From the NCBI GenBank assembly GCA_965217895.1, contig CBDCJV010000002.1:672001-736000 (forward strand): DNA of 64,000 nucleotides, written 5' to 3'. Below the pieces are notes generated by a model. It was not told the origin of the DNA, did no database searches, and saw only the letters and a list, made by a program, of their open reading frames with translations. Below, piece after piece: positions 59,727 through 64,000 of the stretch; positions within the stretch are counted from its first letter, which is position 1; each line of letters begins with the position of its first letter. The DNA comes from Waterburya sp. GTDB taxonomy: Bacteria; Cyanobacteriota; Cyanobacteriia; Cyanobacteriales; Xenococcaceae. A program made the position numbers and the translations under genes.

Positions 59727-61444
59727 AAAATTAACCAGCGACTTAGTGAAATACTGGGCTACTCTCGCGATCGCCTGAGTTCGCTTAGTTTGCAGGAAAT
59801 CACCTATGCCGATGATTTAACCGCCGATCTTCAATATGTCCAGCAGATGCTAAGTGGAGAGATTGCGACATATTCCCTGGAAAAACGCTACTTACAGCAA
59901 AATAGTGCAATTATTTGGGTTAATATTACCGTTTCTCTGGTCAAAAACGGCTCAGGTGAACCACAATACTTTATTTGCGTTATTGAAGATATAAGCGATC
60001 GCAAACAAACAGAAATAAATTACAGCAAGCAAGTCAAGCTAAAGACTCTTTTATCGCTCACATGAGTCATGAATTAAGAACCCCTTTGAATAGCATCTTG
60101 GGCTTTAGCAGTATCTTACAAAAAGAAGCTAATTTAAACGAGGAACAGCTAAACGGAATTGATATTGTTTATCAATCTGGTCAATACTTGCTCACTTTAA
60201 TTAACGATATTCTGGATTTTTCTAAGATAGAAGCAGGTCAAATGCAGCTAGAGGAGCATGAGTTTAATTTAATTGAATTTTTGTCAAATCTAGCCAGAAT
60301 TTTTCGCTTTCGCGCTCAAGAGAAAGGCTTAGAATTGATCTATCAGAGTTCTCATTCTCTACCTACTATAGTCAAAGCCGATGAAACACGTCTGCGACAG
60401 GTATTATTGAATTTGCTGAGTAATGCGGTTAAATTTACCAACACTGGTAGCGTTACTTTATCAGTCAAGCCTTTAGAAGACAGTGCCTATTTTTCGCAAT
60501 CGCAACAAAATTCCCAACCCTACTGCTACAAAATTCGTTTTGAGGTCAAAGATACTGGCAAAGGTATTCCCTCACAAGAATTAGCAAAGATATTTGTTCC
60601 TTTTCAGCAGTTAGAAAGTAAAAACACCCAAGAAGGTACTGGTTTAGGCTTAAGTATTAGTCAGGATCTTGTTCGGCTGATGAATAGCAATATTGAGATC
60701 GAGAGCGTTGTTGGTCAAGGCAGTATCTTTTCTTTCGATTTAGAACTAGCAGTACTAACAACCGACTCGACTAAATTATCTTCATCAACTATTCCTCAAT
60801 CTCAGCAAATTGATTTTAACGGCAAACCCCGTAAAGTCTTAGTGGTAGATGAGAATGATGACAATCGGTTTCTACTAGTTAGTTATCTTCACCCTCTAGG
60901 TTTTAGCCTCGAAACAGCCAAAAATGCGAAAGAAGGACTGCTCATAGCTCAAGAATTGAAACCCGATGTAATTATTTTAGATTCAGCAACCCTAGTCATG
61001 AATGTCAAAGGCGCGATCGCCCAAATTAGACAGCAGCCTAAACTCCAGGATGTCATCATTTTGGTTATCTCTCTTAATGGCGAGGCGGATTTTGAGACTG
61101 AAGCAATAGACTGTAATGTTTTTTTAGCTAAACCATTAGATTTAGAAAAACTCTTAGAACTGTTAAAAACTAATTTGCAACTAGACTGGATTGTCCCTGA
61201 AGCTACCGCTTTTAGCGATCGCCTATCTACCTTTGTCACTCCTCCCGAATCTGAATTAGTCGAGTTATTAAAGTTAGTGCGATCGGGAAATATTGAGGCA
61301 ATCGAATCAAAAATAAAGTTCTTAGAAGAAGAAGATTCTCAATATAATCTTTTTATTCGAGAAGCCCAACAAATAACCGCTAAATTTCAGCTAGATAAGT
61401 TAGTTGGTTTTATTGAAAAGCTTTTAGCCAAGAATTTGAACTGA
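59727..61444 (+). pseudogene. PAS-HisKA-HATPase-REC hybrid kinase, 5'-truncated and frameshifted near 60017
   Basis: PAS fragment INQRLSEILGYS...EDISDRK; adding one A joins it to KLQQASQAKDSFIAHMSHELRTPL; degenerate REC domain. Confidence 0.8.
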
Positions 61445-61655
61445 ATAATACTTAGGGCGCATCATCAATTAATTATGCTCTAATTTTCAGCAAATTCACA
61501 TATTAAAAAACATATAATAATTTAACATTAAGTAGTAGCCACAATAAATTAGTTAAAGCTGCATATTTTTATCTTGAAAGATAAGTAGTTAAACTCAGGG
61601 GGTATCATAATTATCCGAGCTAAATTACATATATAGCAAATAAATATTTAAATAT

Positions 61656-63974
61656 ATGGCTCTATCAGTAAATATTAAATCTAAAAAAAAGATTTTAATA
61701 GTTGACGACACACCAAATAATTTACAATTACTATTTAAATATGTTAAAAAATCTGGTTATCAAGTTTTAGTAACTCAAAATGGCAAAAATGCCATAGAAA
61801 TAGCCAAAAACGATATTTCAGACTTAATTTTATTAGACGTTATGATGTCTGGAATTGATGGATTTAAAGTTTGCAGCCAGTTAAAAGCTAATAGTCTCAC
61901 CAAAAATAGTCCGATTATTTTTATGCCAGCCCTGACTCAAACAGCAAACAAAGTCAAAGGTTTAGAGTTAGGAGCAGTAGATTATATAACTAAACCAATT
62001 GAGCAAGAAGAATTACTAGCACGCCTTGATACTCACCTCACTCTTCAAAGTCTTAACCAAAATTTGACCTTAGAAGCTCGACAACAAAAATTATTATTTG
62101 AAATTAGCGATCGCATTCGTCAATCTTTAGATTTAAAATTAATTTTTCAAACTGCAACCGATGAGATACGCTCTTTTTTACAATGCGATCGTGTTTCTTT
62201 AGCGCGGTTAGATCGACTAGATCGACAAAATGTTCATTTTGGATTTGAATCAATTGCACCTAATATAAACGTAAAATTGCCGAAGAAAATAGCTGTCGAT
62301 TATCTTTGTCAAAATCAAGCTGAATATAGGCATTTTCAACAAGGAAAAATTTTGGCAATTGACAATGTTGCTAATTTTAAGTCAAAGGTTCAAAGGAATA
62401 AACTACTGACTCAACTTCAGGTTAAAGCCCAACTAATCGTACCTATCTTATTGAAAATAAATCAAAAAATCGTTAACGATTCAAATTCTCTCTGGGGATG
62501 GATAATTGCCGATAAATGCGAGCCAAACACTACTTTAGAAGCTGAATATTGCCGAAAATGGCATAAACAAGAAATAGATCTCCTCAGATTATTAGCGAAT
62601 CAATTATCTATTGCTATTCAACAAGGATCGCTACACGAACAATTGCATAAAAGCAATCAGAAATTAAAACAGCTTGCTCTTTGCGATCCTTTGACTCAAG
62701 TTTTCAATCGTCGTTATTTTGATCGGCAGCTTAATTTAGAATGGCGCAGATTAAGGCGGATACCTTCGCCCTTGTCATTAATTATGTGTGATGTTGACTG
62801 TTTCAAAATCTATAACGATACTTACGGTCATCAAAAAGGAGATGAATGTCTGCGTCAGATAGCAAATGCTATCTCCTTAGTCACCAAAAGACCTGCCGAT
62901 ATCGTCGCTCGTTATGGTGGTGAAGAATTTGTGATCGTTCTTCCTTACACTCCTTTAGCAGGAGCAATTCAAGTTGCAAAAGCAGTGAGAGTGAAAGTCA
63001 AAGAATTGAATCTCCCTCATCTCAATTCCTCTGTCGATTCTGTAGTCACAGTTAGTGCAGGAGTAGCTAGCACTACTCCTAACAGAGAAGATAATCCCGC
63101 CCTCTTGGTTGAAGCAGCAGATCAAGCACTTTACTTAGCTAAAAATCGGGGTCGAGACTGTATTGCTGTTTATTAGCATGACATCTCCCAGTCTAAATTA
63201 CAGCAAAACGAAGATATCATCTGGAACAAACGTATTCGTAAAGCTTTAAAAAATAACCTTTTTAGTCTCTATGCCCAATCAATTACTCCTGTAGGATTAG
63301 ACGACAAAAGAAAGCACTTTGAGATCTTGTTGCGGTTGATAGATACAGGAAACCAAGTTATTTCCCCAAATATTTTTTTAGATGTTGCAAATCGTAATTG
63401 TTTAATGCCTGATATTGATACTTGGGTAATCGATAGCCTGTTTGCCCAGCTTGTCAAAAGCGATCGCTCGACCTGGCAAAATTATCATTTTTCAATTAAT
63501 TTGTCAGGAGCATCCTTGAATAAAGAAGGTTTTTTAAAGTATTTACGGCAAAAAATTAAAGATTCTTATCTTCCCCCAAACCTTTTCTGCTTTGAAATTA
63601 CTGAAACAATAGCTATTTCTGATTTGACTAAAGTATCCCAATTTATCAAATCTCTAAGAGATCTCGGCTGTAGTTTCGCCCTGGATGATTTTGGCAAAGG
63701 AATGTCTTCCTTGACCTATTTAAAAAATCTTCCTGTAGATTATTTAAAAATTGACGGTTCTTTTATTACTGAATTGAATAAGGATAAAGTCTCTAGAGCT
63801 ATGGTAGAAGGAATTAATTATTTAGCCAGTGCGATTGGTCTAAAAACCATCGCCGAATTTGTCGAGACCCAAGTTATCTTTGACATTGTGCGCGATCTAA
63901 AAGTAGATTACGCTCAAGGATATCATTTAGGTCGTCCAGAGGAGTTAACCAAGATTTTAGCAGGCATTTCATAA
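61656..63974 (+). pseudogene. REC-GAF-GGDEF-EAL gene split by an in-frame TAG at 63174-63176 (REC-GAF-GGDEF part open)
   Basis: RPAD..GGEEF before the stop; in-frame HDISQS...FSLYAQSI...FEILLR...ALDDFGKG after it. Confidence 0.85.
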
Positions 63975-64000
63975 GTAAGTTGGCAAATTGTATAATATTT

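Noticed and set aside
9415..63176. Amber recoding or readthrough, suggested by two in-frame TAGs in otherwise intact genes
   Set aside because: Many genes here end normally in TAG. The two sites appear to correspond to different residues (likely Trp and Gln), each one transition away, and no suppressor tRNA or pyl genes are visible.
1134..63457. Other short ORFs in the track that overlap long genes (antisense or alternate frame)
   Set aside because: Shadows of well-supported CDSs with no independent evidence.

Overview
AT-rich cyanobacterial chromosome segment, identified from the abundant HIP1 octamer GCGATCGC plus psb30/ycf12, btpA, rimO-crhR and the VKOR-thioredoxin fusion. It is mostly housekeeping genes (rsmI, trpC, pdxH, tsaB, trmFO, thrC, murJ, eda, truB). 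Accessory content: (i) a type II restriction-modification pair at the left edge (C5 methyltransferase plus a PLD-type NgoFVII-like nuclease missing from the ORF track); (ii) four genes at 2.6-7.3 kb that share one precisely spaced direct-repeat/-10 promoter motif; (iii) a c-di-AMP (ydaO) riboswitch leading two paralogous uncharacterised small proteins inside an ion-transporter cluster; (iv) many small nested repeats, including 21-nt in-frame insertions into HIP1 sites and two covarying structured elements flanking a COP23-like gene; (v) candidate structured RNAs in the rimO leader and between trmFO and thrC; (vi) a decaying sensor kinase/GGDEF-EAL locus at the right edge. No rRNA, tRNA, CRISPR array or transposase gene was seen. 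All calls come from reading the sequence; no searches were run.
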